Below are positions 36,281 through 45,652 of a stretch of DNA of 64,000 bases, in pieces. A program made the translations under genes and the position numbers. The DNA comes from Candidatus Algichlamydia australiensis (GTDB taxonomy: Bacteria > Chlamydiota > Chlamydiia > Chlamydiales > JAJFMI01), in NCBI GenBank assembly GCA_033977065.1, contig JAXCHI010000004.1:92724-156723 (forward strand), written 5' to 3'. Below the pieces are notes generated by a model, which was not told the origin of the DNA, searched no databases, and was given only the letters and a program-made list of their open reading frames with translations. The stretch's first letter is position 1; the number at the start of each line of letters is the position of its first letter.

Positions 36281-37679
36281 TACGTTCATCATCTAAGTTT
36301 TCCCAAACTAGATCACTTGATAGAGCGAGGTACTCTCCTAATAAGTTGATGTGAAAGAGGCTATTTGAAGTGTGCGCTGCATGCAAAATTTTCTTTCGCA
36401 TCTCCTTTGAAAGGGTTGGTTTGTAAACCATGCCAATCTGTTTTGCAAATTGTTTCGCCTCGTTAGGTTCATTTTCCCACCACTGCGCAAGCGTCTCAGA
36501 GTCGTGTGTGGAGAGACAGGTCATTGAGAGCTTTTGGTACTCATTTGGTGGAAGTTTCTCCCAGCGCATCACTTTAGTTCCTGGAATTTTTAGCTCTTGC
36601 ATGACCTCATTCATTCCATCAAACGTAATTCCTAAGTCCTCACCAATTGGCACCATCTTACTCGATTTTTTTAGCATCTCTAAAAGTTTACGCCCTTGCG
36701 CCAAAGCTTGCCAAGGTTCATTTGGTAGAAACTGTCCTCTGCTTGCGCACTCTCCGCGTTTGATCGCCCAGATGCGGAAAAAACCGATCACATGGTCAAT
36801 CCGGTAGAGGTGAAAAAAGTTTTCTGCATAGCGAAGGCGTGTTTTCCACCAGGCGAAATCTTGCTGCTCTAAAATATTCCATTTATAGAGAGGAAAACCC
36901 CAGTATTGGCCTTCAGGGGTAAAACGATCGGGTGGAGCTCCTGCGCTATGTGTGAGGTCGAAAAATTCTCGATGGTGCCAGACGTCGGCGCTATCAGGAC
37001 TAATGAGGATGGGGATGTCACCTTTGAGCAGGATGTTTTTTTCTGAGGCGTATTGCTTGATGCGCAAAAGTTGGTCATAACAGAGGTATTGCAGAAACAT
37101 GTGATACTGCACCTCTTTTTCGTGACGATGCAAAAGCTCTTTGTAGTGGTGGTGGGAGCAGGTTCGGATCTCCTCGGGCCAATCTTGCCAGTTTTGTCCC
37201 TGCATATTCTCTTTTAGTACTTTGAAAAGAGCGTAGGGAAGAAGGTGATCTTGGGTTTTACAAAAATTTTGAAAGGACTCTTTTGCGCAGATCTCTTGAC
37301 CTTTGAGTTCATAGTAACGCTCCAAGTAGAGCATTTTGTTTTCTAAAACTTCTTTGTAGGCAACGCGTTTTCCCCCGTTCAAACTCTCTAGTTTCTTGAG
37401 CAGTTTTTCAAGCTCTGTGCAATGCGTCTGTTCTAATTGTCGCAGTCCGATATAGATCGGGTGTAGAGCACTTCCGGAGAGCGCATTGTAAGGGCTTGGA
37501 TCGGTTCCTGAGTCATTGATTGGAAGAATTTGAATGAGATCAAAGTCGACTTTTTTACACCAGTCGATGAGAGGAATAAGGTCGGGAAATTCGCCGATTC
37601 CGCAGCTTGTTTTTGAACGCAAAGCCGAAAGAGGGATCGCGATACCGTGATGTGCTTTTGAAAGAATCTCTTTTTCCAT
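36177..37679 (-). CDS. malQ: 4-alpha-glucanotransferase (amylomaltase)
   Basis: GH77 motifs are present (GIAIPLSALRS...GIGEFPDLIPLIDW...ILPINDSG; YWGFPLYKW; HLYRIDHVIGFFRIW). I set the start at Met21 (37679), 5 nt after the chaperone gene stop. Confidence 0.9.
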   Translation of the reverse strand: MEKEILSKAHHGIAIPLSALRSKTSCGIGEFPDLIPLIDWCKKVDFDLIQILPINDSGTDPSPYNALSGSALHPIYIGLRQLEQTHCTELEKLLKKLESLNGGKRVAYKEVLENKMLYLERYYELKGQEICAKESFQNFCKTQDHLLPYALFKVLKENMQGQNWQDWPEEIRTCSHHHYKELLHRHEKEVQYHMFLQYLCYDQLLRIKQYASEKNILLKGDIPILISPDSADVWHHREFFDLTHSAGAPPDRFTPEGQYWGFPLYKWNILEQQDFAWWKTRLRYAENFFHLYRIDHVIGFFRIWAIKRGECASRGQFLPNEPWQALAQGRKLLEMLKKSSKMVPIGEDLGITFDGMNEVMQELKIPGTKVMRWEKLPPNEYQKLSMTCLSTHDSETLAQWWENEPNEAKQFAKQIGMVYKPTLSKEMRKKILHAAHTSNSLFHINLLGEYLALSSDLVWENLDDERINRPGQIVEENWTYRMRPYLEVLSQQSFYHLLHF

Positions 37680-37684
37680 TTTTT

Positions 37685-38104
37685 TTAAGTCCCGAGATCT
37701 ACCGGAAGGGGTAGGTTTTGCTGAATTGCCTCCTGCCATCGATGCGCTTTGTCGACAAGTACAAGCAAAATTTCAAACAGTTTTTTTCCATTAAGTTCCG
37801 CCATAGGCGTACTGGCATAGAGGAGGAGCTCGTCGCTGCGTCTTGAAAAAGAGAGGGAGCCGATGAGAGGAGAGGAGAGAGCGTTTTCTTGTAGCGCTGC
37901 TGTTAATACCTGTTCGCGATACTTCCCTGGAGGCAGCTTCTCAATAACACAGATGATCACAAGTTTTTCCTGATTTTCAGAGAGCTCAATTTGAGTAAAA
38001 AGGCTGTTTTTAAAAGTGATGGCACAGGTGCTATCACCTGTTGCTTTAAGAGGTGTAGCGAGTTCTTGAGAGAGCTCCTGAATGATGGTTTGAAATCTAT
38101 CCAT
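37685..38104 (-). CDS. type III secretion chaperone, CesT/SycE (Scc1)-like
   Basis: About 139 aa, acidic, with a CesT-like pattern (FQTIIQELSQEL...AITFKNSLFTQIELSENQEKLVIICVI...LLYASTPMAELNGKKLFEIL). I set the start at 38104, preceded by GAGGAGGAAG. Its position between malQ and copN matches chlamydial synteny. Confidence 0.7.
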   Translation of the reverse strand: MDRFQTIIQELSQELATPLKATGDSTCAITFKNSLFTQIELSENQEKLVIICVIEKLPPGKYREQVLTAALQENALSSPLIGSLSFSRRSDELLLYASTPMAELNGKKLFEILLVLVDKAHRWQEAIQQNLPLPVDLGT

Positions 38105-39251
38105 TCTCTTCCTCCTCAAGCTCATCTTCTAAATCAGAGAGTGTTTCTAGAATCGTCATCAAAAGGTCTTGGCGATGGCGCTCCGATTTAAAAAGCCTAG
38201 GGGGCATGTGGCGCATCGCATCGCGGTACTGCGTAAAGACAATAATTTGCGCTAGGGTATGATTTTGGATCTCCATCATTTTGCCCAGCTGGCGAAACTT
38301 TTCAGCGGAAGGAAAACGCTCTTTAAAATAGTAAATAAGTAATCGAGAGAGGGTAATAAAATTGAGTTTCATAGGGAGAGGAAGGTGATACTTGGCAAAC
38401 TTTTTTGCGATGTTTGCAAAGCGAACTTGAAAAAACCCGTAGACGTCAAAGATTGCCATCATCTGCCTTCCATCAACGAGTAAGCGTTTTAGCTCTAGAG
38501 GATCGATAGAGGTGCCTTTCGATTTGAGATCTTGGCCCAGAGCGTGCAGAAAAAAGTCGATGACTACCTTCATCTGCTTGAATTCAAACTTCATTGAGAG
38601 CTCTTCAAAAAGCTCAATAGGCTCGCGTGGATTGCCTGTAATATCGCGGTATAGATCTCTGAGCTCTGATTTTGTTCCAAGACCTAGCTCTGAATAGTTA
38701 ACAGCTTGAGGAGCAATATTTTTTCCCGCACGAATTTCCCGGCCATAAGTCGAATTAAAATCCTCCTTGGCACGGATCATCTTATCCTGAATCGCCTTCT
38801 TCTCTTCTGATGTCTCAATCAAAAAATCGATTGCATCATCAGCAATCGAGGGGTCGGGAAACTCGCGCAGAACCTCTTCAAGCATCTCCGCCTCGCTCAT
38901 ATTAGAGCGCAGATTAGATAAAAGTTTTAGTAGGGTGTGGGGATTGAGTTCTGAGTTGCGTTTGGCATACGCTTTGGCTGTATTCATCGCCTCATCAAGG
39001 CGCTTAACGAGCTCCTCGTTTTCTGTCTCAGCTTCTAGCTGCTCTTCAGAAGGAATTTTGGAGGCCTGCTCCGCGAGCTTTTTGAAATATTTGGCCATTT
39101 CCAGCGGATTAAAAACTGAGTAGGCGCTATCGTCCATAATGAAAGCTGCACGTGCATCCGCTTGTTTGGCTTCGATAGACTGCTCTTTAAGAAGCCCAGC
39201 CTGTAACTTTGCTTGAATATTGGAGATTCCCTCGCCACCAATGCCTGACAT
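38097..39251 (-). CDS. copN: T3SS gatekeeper SctW (CopN/YopN/HrpJ family)
   Basis: 384 aa. The HrpJ-like central region (LLKLLSNLRSNMSEAEMLEEVLREFPDPSIADDAIDFLIE) and TyeA-like C-terminal part are recognisable. Synteny with sctV/sctU supports the call. Confidence 0.85.
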   Translation of the reverse strand: MSGIGGEGISNIQAKLQAGLLKEQSIEAKQADARAAFIMDDSAYSVFNPLEMAKYFKKLAEQASKIPSEEQLEAETENEELVKRLDEAMNTAKAYAKRNSELNPHTLLKLLSNLRSNMSEAEMLEEVLREFPDPSIADDAIDFLIETSEEKKAIQDKMIRAKEDFNSTYGREIRAGKNIAPQAVNYSELGLGTKSELRDLYRDITGNPREPIELFEELSMKFEFKQMKVVIDFFLHALGQDLKSKGTSIDPLELKRLLVDGRQMMAIFDVYGFFQVRFANIAKKFAKYHLPLPMKLNFITLSRLLIYYFKERFPSAEKFRQLGKMMEIQNHTLAQIIVFTQYRDAMRHMPPRLFKSERHRQDLLMTILETLSDLEDELEEEENG

Positions 39252-39284
39252 GTCCTCAAGCTATAAAGGAAAAACTTTACTCGG

Positions 39285-40148
39285 TCAACTAGGAGTCTCG
39301 TTGAAGGGGAGCGAGTTCGCTTCGCAGAACAGCCTTGCAAACTTTGAACCCTCCGATGCTTTTGCTTGTATCTGTTTTACAAGTTCGTTGGGAAGCTTTC
39401 TCCACTCATTCATCTCAAGTTCTTCAAGATGTTCCCATTTCGCATCCAAAATTTCGTTTGGGAAAGTGCCTTTAAATGGGTTACCGGATAATTTTAACTC
39501 TTTTAAATTTATGAGGTGAGCTAGAACAGCGGGTAAGCTTCTAAGTTGATTGTCTGATAAGTCAAGCTTCCTAAGATTTTGAAGGGAAGCGATTTCAACG
39601 GGTAGTTCACTGATTCTATTATCTGCCAAGTTTAATTCGGCTAGATTGGCGAGCTGACCTATTCCTGCTGGGATTACTTTGATCAAATCACGTGTAAATT
39701 GAATTTTAGTTACATCGGTATGTTTTTCAATTTCTGGAGGGAATGATCCAATAAAAAATGGATGCCTATTGTGAATATTTTCTTGATGTGACGCTAGTTG
39801 TTTTCTAACTTTTTCTCTTCCATCGCCATCTGGACGCTTACGATACCCATGTTTATTAAAACGTATTTCGGATGAAGCTCCTTGTACCCAGTCTTGCATA
39901 TTTGCATAGAGAGGCTCCTTAGGCTCCTCAACTGGAGCCGACTTTGAGCATATTTTCCAGAGGAAAAAGCCTACTAAGCTCAATCCAATAAGAGTTGTAG
40001 AGACTTTATGGCGCCATAAGAAAGAGCCGGTTTGCGAAACGCACTCCCCGAAAAAATCACAGAGAGGGGCTGCATCAATATCCAAACGAGGAGTGATCCC
40101 TCTTGAAGAAAATTCTAAAACTGGCTTGACTCCTATATCTGACATCAT
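39285..40148 (-). CDS. membrane-anchored leucine-rich-repeat protein
   Basis: 287 aa with an N-terminal transmembrane helix (TTLIGLSLVGFFLWKI). At least four canonical LRRs are present (IGQLANLAELNLADNRISELPVEIASLQNLRKLDLSDNQLRSLPAVLAHLINLKELKLSGNPF). Confidence 0.8.
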   Translation of the reverse strand: MMSDIGVKPVLEFSSRGITPRLDIDAAPLCDFFGECVSQTGSFLWRHKVSTTLIGLSLVGFFLWKICSKSAPVEEPKEPLYANMQDWVQGASSEIRFNKHGYRKRPDGDGREKVRKQLASHQENIHNRHPFFIGSFPPEIEKHTDVTKIQFTRDLIKVIPAGIGQLANLAELNLADNRISELPVEIASLQNLRKLDLSDNQLRSLPAVLAHLINLKELKLSGNPFKGTFPNEILDAKWEHLEELEMNEWRKLPNELVKQIQAKASEGSKFARLFCEANSLPFNETPS

Positions 40149-40230
40149 ATTCTCCCTGTTTGTTAAGATTGTATCAAAATGTGTTTTTTTGCTCCATCAG
40201 ATGAGGAGGAAGATTGTAATATAAAAATCT

Positions 40231-42360
40231 TTAATTGAGTTGGATGCGGCCGAGGGGCTGGATCCGGATCTCGGGGACAATCTCTTGAGAAGAGAGGACG
40301 GGGAGATCGGGAAACTCTCCTTCAATGAGCTTGCGCGCAAAACGTCGTACGTCGATAGCGGTGAGGAGGACAGGGGGCTGGCCGCCGGGTGGAGTCGGGA
40401 CGATGATTTCACGCATCGCTTTAATGATGAGTTGAATGGAGTCGGGATCGAGGGCTAGGTAGGAGCCGCCTGAGGTCTGTTTGACGGCACCGCGAATCAT
40501 ATCTTCGATTTCGGGGTCAATCAAGTAGACGGAGAGGGTGGATTGTCCTTGTGAGTATTTGTAGCTGACGTAGCGCTTGAGGGAGGAGCGGACATATTCG
40601 GTGAGGAGGACGGTATCTTTCTCTGTTTGCGCCCACTCTGAAAGGGCTTCCAGAATAGTACGTAGATCTTTTATGGAAATCTCTTCTTGTATCAGGCGGC
40701 GCAGGATTTCGGTCATTTTTTGAAGAGGAACAAGTCGTGTTACTTCTTTGACAAGATCGGGATAGGACTTTTCTACAAATTCTAAGATGGCGCGTGCTTC
40801 TTGGATTCCTAAAAATTCTTGTGCGTGTTTTTTGTAGAAGTGAGAGAGATGGAGTATGAGGACTTCGCTTGTATTCCAATATTTAATGGATGCTTTTTTA
40901 AGGATCGATTCGTACCTGTTTTCAACCCACAAAGAGGCGTTGCCAACGGCATTTTTGGAGGTTGTGTAGGGGAGATTGTAGCGGCGGAGGACTTCTTCTG
41001 TCTCGTTTGTGAGAAGCATATTTTCCAAGACTTTACCGCGCACGATTGGGACTTCGTTAAGGTGGATAGAGTACTCGCTTTCTTCTAAACTTGGGGAGTC
41101 TGTGCGTACGTGGACACCGGGAAAGCGAACGCCTAAATCTTGGTAGAGAGCGTGGCGCATCTTCGGAATCATCTCTTCGATAAATGTGGAACCGCCTTTG
41201 CGATCGCGGCGCATCGCTTCAGAGAGACTCTTGCCAACTTCTAAGATAACGGGAAGGGTAAGGGCGTAGTCATCTTCTCCTCCGCGGACGACAGCATGAC
41301 CTTCTACGTCAGTTTCAACGGTCGCACCGGTTGCAGCGGCGCGCTTTTCCGTTTTACGCATCTTCCACCAGATCGAAAGGCTTGCGCCTCCTACAGCAAA
41401 ACCTAGAACAAGAAAGAGGAGTGTGGGGAACCCTGGGATGAACCCAATGGCAATGATGACAAGGGAGGCGATGATGACGCCTTTAGGTTGAGCAAAAAGT
41501 TGTGTTGATAGGTCGCGGCCAAGATTGGCATCTTTAGTGTCACTTGAGACGCGTGTAGTCACAAGACCGGCAGTCAGAGCGACGATAAGGGATGGAATTT
41601 GAGAGACGAGGCCCCCACCAATGGAGAGGAGAGCATATGTTTGTGCGGCTTGCATCGCTGTCATACCGTGGAAGACAATTCCAATGATGAGCCCTCCAAC
41701 GATGTTGATGATGGCAATTACGATACCGGCAATCACGTCCCCTTTGACGAATTTCATGGCACCATCCATCGCTCCGTAGAGCTGGCTCTCTTTTGCAAGA
41801 GCAAGTCGCAGAGTACGCGCCTGGTTGGCATCGAGAATCCCACTACGCATGTCGGCGTCGATACTCATCTGCTTTCCTGGCATCGCATCCAAGGTAAAAC
41901 GGGCCGCAACTTCAGCAACACGTTCAGCACCCTTTGTGACAACAATAAATTGCACAATGGTGATGATGAGGAAGATAACGCCTCCGACAACAAAGTTGCC
42001 TCCGACTACAACGCGACCGACGGCCATAATGACTTCACCGGCGTAGGCGTGTAGGAGAATTTGTCTTGTTGCGGCGATCTCAATACTCAACCGAAAGAGG
42101 GTGGTAAGGAGGAGAAGAGAGGGGAAGATGGAGATGTGAACAGCTTTTTGAATGTAGAGACCGACCATCAAAAGGCCGATTGAGACAGTTAAGTTGATGG
42201 CGATCATCGCATCGATCACAGGAGGGGGCACAGGAAGAACAATTGCCATGATGATGGTCACAACAAATAAAGCGAGAATGATGTCGGGTGAGCGACTCAA
42301 AAAGCGCAAGACTCCTTCGCGCCCTAAAACTCTTCCTAAACTATCTACAAAATTCTTCAT
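40231..42360 (-). CDS. sctV: T3SS export gate protein SctV (CdsV/LcrD)
   Basis: 709 aa with FHIPEP-family motifs (FPSLLLLTTLFRLSIEIAATR, VVTKGAERVAEVAARFTLDAMPGKQMSIDAD). Confidence 0.95.
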   Translation of the reverse strand: MKNFVDSLGRVLGREGVLRFLSRSPDIILALFVVTIIMAIVLPVPPPVIDAMIAINLTVSIGLLMVGLYIQKAVHISIFPSLLLLTTLFRLSIEIAATRQILLHAYAGEVIMAVGRVVVGGNFVVGGVIFLIITIVQFIVVTKGAERVAEVAARFTLDAMPGKQMSIDADMRSGILDANQARTLRLALAKESQLYGAMDGAMKFVKGDVIAGIVIAIINIVGGLIIGIVFHGMTAMQAAQTYALLSIGGGLVSQIPSLIVALTAGLVTTRVSSDTKDANLGRDLSTQLFAQPKGVIIASLVIIAIGFIPGFPTLLFLVLGFAVGGASLSIWWKMRKTEKRAAATGATVETDVEGHAVVRGGEDDYALTLPVILEVGKSLSEAMRRDRKGGSTFIEEMIPKMRHALYQDLGVRFPGVHVRTDSPSLEESEYSIHLNEVPIVRGKVLENMLLTNETEEVLRRYNLPYTTSKNAVGNASLWVENRYESILKKASIKYWNTSEVLILHLSHFYKKHAQEFLGIQEARAILEFVEKSYPDLVKEVTRLVPLQKMTEILRRLIQEEISIKDLRTILEALSEWAQTEKDTVLLTEYVRSSLKRYVSYKYSQGQSTLSVYLIDPEIEDMIRGAVKQTSGGSYLALDPDSIQLIIKAMREIIVPTPPGGQPPVLLTAIDVRRFARKLIEGEFPDLPVLSSQEIVPEIRIQPLGRIQLN

Positions 42361-43439
42361 TCTTCGCTTTTAAAAATATCTAACTCTGCTTCTTCTGCAC
42401 GCTCTAGTGAAGCGACCCATTTCAAGATCTCTGCCACTGTCTTGTAGGTGTCATAAGGGATGTATGCACCAATTTTTCCATTGTCCCACAGATCGTGTGC
42501 CAAAGGCACGTTTCGCATAATGGGCACGTCATGCTGCTGCGCACGGCGGATGATCTCACTCGCCTCACGCCCTTGCCCCATCGTAGCAATTTTTGGAGCG
42601 GGCTCCTCCACCTCATCATACTCCAGTGCGATGGCAAGGTGAACGGGGTTTGTCACAACAACTTTTGATCGCGATACAGCAGCAGGTCCTTCCTGGTAGG
42701 CGAGTTCTTGTGAACGTTGGCGCCGCTTGCTCTTGATCTCTGGGTTTCCCTCAGTATCCTTCATTTCCTGTTTGACCTCAAACTTTTCCATCATCATCTG
42801 CTTTGCAAATTGTCTTTTTTGGAAGACAAGGTCAAAAATCGCGATGGCAATAAAGAAAATCCCTACGCGTAGGGCGACTTTGGTCAAAAACTTAGAGAAG
42901 ACAAGCGCGCTGCCCACAACAGGGAGTGACGCGGTTGTTACAATCTCATCTGTACTATCTTTCACTACATAGTAAATGATAATAACAGCTCCGGTAATTT
43001 TAATAATCGATTTTAGCAGCTCAACAAAAGTTTTGAGCTTAAACATATTTTTTAAATTCTCGACGGGATTCATCCGCTTGATGTCTGGCTTCATCGCCTC
43101 CATAGAGAAGACCGGCCCAACAACAAGAAAACCCACAATGATGCCAATTCCAGCAATAATTGCCATGAAGGGGAATGAAGTACTAAAGATTAGATTGATT
43201 GCCGACATCATGATACGGCCCGCTTCATTCGCAATATCACCGTGTTCCTTGATGGAGTTAAAGGTGTTGGTCATAAAGCCGGCAAGTTGATCAAAAAAGT
43301 AGCCCGCCAAAATGACAATCCCTGACATGGAGGCAACGAAAGTAAATGCGGAAGGGAAGTCTTGTGACTTTGCAACCTGCCCCTTTTTTCGGGCATCGCG
43401 CAACTTCTTAGAGGTTGCCTTTTCCGACTTTTCTGCCAT
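42357..43439 (-). CDS. sctU: T3SS export switch protein SctU (CdsU/YscU)
   Basis: 360 aa with an N-terminus typical of the family (EKSEKATSKKLRDARKKGQVAKSQD), four transmembrane helices, and the autocleavage-site region reading VVVTNPVHLAIAL. 4-nt overlap with sctV. Confidence 0.95.
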   Translation of the reverse strand: MAEKSEKATSKKLRDARKKGQVAKSQDFPSAFTFVASMSGIVILAGYFFDQLAGFMTNTFNSIKEHGDIANEAGRIMMSAINLIFSTSFPFMAIIAGIGIIVGFLVVGPVFSMEAMKPDIKRMNPVENLKNMFKLKTFVELLKSIIKITGAVIIIYYVVKDSTDEIVTTASLPVVGSALVFSKFLTKVALRVGIFFIAIAIFDLVFQKRQFAKQMMMEKFEVKQEMKDTEGNPEIKSKRRQRSQELAYQEGPAAVSRSKVVVTNPVHLAIALEYDEVEEPAPKIATMGQGREASEIIRRAQQHDVPIMRNVPLAHDLWDNGKIGAYIPYDTYKTVAEILKWVASLERAEEAELDIFKSEE

Positions 43440-43456
43440 ACTTCTTGGTTATATAA

Positions 43457-44563
43457 TTAATTGTGAAAGAAGAGAAGCACATCGCCATCATCGACGATGT
43501 AGTCGCGTCCTTCAGAGCGCATTTTTCCCGCTTCTTTGACAGCTGCGCGCGACCCAAGTTCTTTTAAAACAGGAACGCTAATCACCTCTGCACGTATAAA
43601 TCCTTTTTCAATATCGCTATGGATTTCTCCAGCAGCAGACTTTGCGTTGGTCCCTTGGCGAATGGTCCAAGCGCGTGTCTCTTGCGGACCTGTTGTAAAG
43701 TAGGTAATGAGCCCCAACTTTTTAAAACACAATGAGACAAGGCGCTTTAGCCCCGACTCTTTCAAGCCGACACTCTCCAAAAATTCTTTTGCCTCTTCAT
43801 CATTTAGGGTGCCGAGTTCTTCTTCAAACTTTGAACAAATAGAGATAACTTCACTGCCCGTTTTTTTCGCATGCTCGCGCACTTTCTGTACGTACTCATT
43901 TTCCATTGATGGGAGCGAGCCCTCATCGACATTGGTGGCGTAGATCACATCCTTCAATGTCAAAAATGGATAGATTTTAAGGATCTCTTTTTCATCACTA
44001 CTCAGATCGAGCTCACGCATCGATTTGCCCTCATCCAGATGAGTGGCGCAGCGCTTGAGTAGCGCAACTGTTGGCAATAATTCGCGGTTTCCTTTCGCCT
44101 GCTTTTCTAACTTGACCAAAGAGTTTTGGCACATTTGCAAGTCAGCAAGAGCGAGCTCTAGTTCAATAATTTCTATGTCAGCAATTGGATCGATTTTGCC
44201 GCGTACATGAACTACATCGGGATCTTCAAAGCAGCGCACAACATGCAAAATAACATTTGTCTCGCGGATATTTGCTAAAAATTTATTCCCCAAGCCTTCG
44301 CCTTTTGACGCGCCTTCGACAAGGCCGGCAATATCAAAAAAGACGCAATGAGCGGGGATCATCTTTGCACTGTTACTCAATTTTGCAAGCAAATCAAGTC
44401 GATCATCGCTCACTTCTACAACGCCCTTGTTGGGATCAATTGTGCAAAAGGGATAATTTGAAGCTGCCGCACCTTTTTTGGTGAGCGCGTTAAAGAGGGT
44501 AGACTTTCCTACATTGGGAAGACCTACGATACCAATAGAGAGTTCAGACATACCCTCTATCAT
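43457..44563 (-). CDS. ychF: ribosome-binding ATPase YchF
   Basis: 368 aa with a G1 motif ([18 protein letters not shown]) and [22 protein letters not shown]. The C-terminal TGS-like part is present. Confidence 0.95.
   Translation of the reverse strand: MIEGMSELSIGIVGLPNVGKSTLFNALTKKGAAASNYPFCTIDPNKGVVEVSDDRLDLLAKLSNSAKMIPAHCVFFDIAGLVEGASKGEGLGNKFLANIRETNVILHVVRCFEDPDVVHVRGKIDPIADIEIIELELALADLQMCQNSLVKLEKQAKGNRELLPTVALLKRCATHLDEGKSMRELDLSSDEKEILKIYPFLTLKDVIYATNVDEGSLPSMENEYVQKVREHAKKTGSEVISICSKFEEELGTLNDEEAKEFLESVGLKESGLKRLVSLCFKKLGLITYFTTGPQETRAWTIRQGTNAKSAAGEIHSDIEKGFIRAEVISVPVLKELGSRAAVKEAGKMRSEGRDYIVDDGDVLLFFHN
44276..44563. repeat. copy A (inside intact ychF) of a direct duplication of the ychF 5' region
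   Basis: 44276-44416 aligns to 45303-45443 at roughly 90 percent identity by eye. 44511-44563 aligns to 45445-45499. About 93 nt of copy A has no counterpart in copy B. Confidence 0.85.
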
Positions 44564-44647
44564 ACTGGAAATGAGCCATTTTTAGACAGAATGCAATTTA
44601 ATAGTTGACTCTATTTGCGGTCTATCCTACTATGTAGTACAATTATC

Positions 44648-44998
44648 ATGAAAAGGGAAGTAGTTGAGACAAAGATATTTTCGGAGATCTTGGATAAGCT
44701 CGTAAGAACTGGAAAACTGGATCGTAACGACTTTGATGACTTGTTGAGAATAATCATTACAAATCCTGACGAAGGAGATGTAATGCGTGGAACAGGTGGG
44801 TTAAGAAAAATTCGCTTGAAGGGAGTATCAAAAGGAAAAAGTGGAGGTTTTCGCATCTGTTACCTTGATGTTCCCAAAAATGAAAAAATCTATTTAATAG
44901 TAATATTTCCCAAAAATGTTCAAGAAAACTTGGACAAAGAGGAGATAAAAATATTAAAAAAACTAGTTGAAAGACTAAAGAAGGAAAAAAATGAGTGA
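44648..44998 (+). CDS. type II toxin, RelE/HigB-like (DUF1044-type) mRNA interferase candidate
   Basis: About 116 aa from the ATG at 44648 (the track start at 44615 is a TTG). The motif GDVMRGTGGLRKIRLKGVSKGKSGGFRICYLDVPKNEKIYLIVIFPKN is typical of this toxin family. 8-nt overlap with the antitoxin gene. Confidence 0.7.
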   Translation: MKREVVETKIFSEILDKLVRTGKLDRNDFDDLLRIIITNPDEGDVMRGTGGLRKIRLKGVSKGKSGGFRICYLDVPKNEKIYLIVIFPKNVQENLDKEEIKILKKLVERLKKEKNE

Positions 44999-45305
44999 GT
45001 TCTTTAAAGGAATAAAGCAAGGTCTTGAGGAAGCAGTTGAGTTTGAAGAAAAGAAGAGAACTCTTAGAACGAAAAAAATTGAAATTCCAAAGCCTCCGAA
45101 AAAATACAAAGCTAAAGATATCAAAAGAATTAGAGCTAAAGAAAATTATTCCCAAGCTATTTTTGCAAAAGTTCTTAATGTTAGTGTAAAAACTATTCAG
45201 GCGTGGGAATCAGGAGAAAGAACTCCTAGTCAAGTTGCTATGCGGTTATTACAAATTATTGACGACGGTATTTATACGCCTGAAGTTTTTAAAGAAGCAT
45301 GTTAA
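44991..45305 (+). CDS. Xre-family helix-turn-helix antitoxin
   Basis: 104 aa with a C-terminal HTH (IKRIRAKENYSQAIFAKVLNVSVKTIQAWESGERTPSQVAMRLLQII), as in the partners of RelE/HigB-like toxins. Confidence 0.75.
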   Translation: MSEFFKGIKQGLEEAVEFEEKKRTLRTKKIEIPKPPKKYKAKDIKRIRAKENYSQAIFAKVLNVSVKTIQAWESGERTPSQVAMRLLQIIDDGIYTPEVFKEAC

Positions 45306-45499
45306 AAATTTATTTCCCAAGCCTTCGCCTTTTGACGCGTCTTCGACAAGGCCGGCAATATCAAAAAAGACGCAACGGGCGGAGATCATCTTTGCGCTAT
45401 TACTCAATTTTGCAAGCAATTCGAGTCGATCATCGCTGACTTCCCCACGTTGGGAAGGCCTACGATACCAATAGAGAGTTCGGACATACCCTCCATCGT
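45303..45499 (-). pseudogene. ychF 5' fragment (copy B), internally deleted and frameshifted
   Basis: It encodes [16 protein letters not shown] in one frame and [38 protein letters not shown] in another. These correspond to YchF residues about 1-16 and about 48-96. The track ORF at 45249..45560 is a chimeric reading of this remnant. Confidence 0.85.
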
Positions 45500-45652
45500 A
45501 ATCGGTTTTATCTATTTTTGGAAGAAAAGAGGTGGGATCTAAATGAAATGTTTCTTTCATTTTGAATTAAGTTTTTACAGATAGCCCTAAATATACCGAT
45601 CTGTTAACCTTCTTAGCAAAAGTAGTTAAATTTTATTTTAAGTAGGCGGGAA

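Noticed and set aside
45249-45560. The 103-aa minus-strand ORF as a real gene.
   Set aside because: Its C-terminal two thirds are an out-of-context copy of YchF residues about 48-96, fused to frameshifted sequence. I interpret it as a pseudogene remnant of a duplication.
45580-45652. The AT-rich 8-bp hairpin (AAATGAAA-TGTTTC-TTTCATTT) near 45541-45562, as a terminator or regulatory element.
   Set aside because: The stem is weak and AT-only, and it lies within the decaying ychF-upstream remnant. No T-run or conserved context supports a function.
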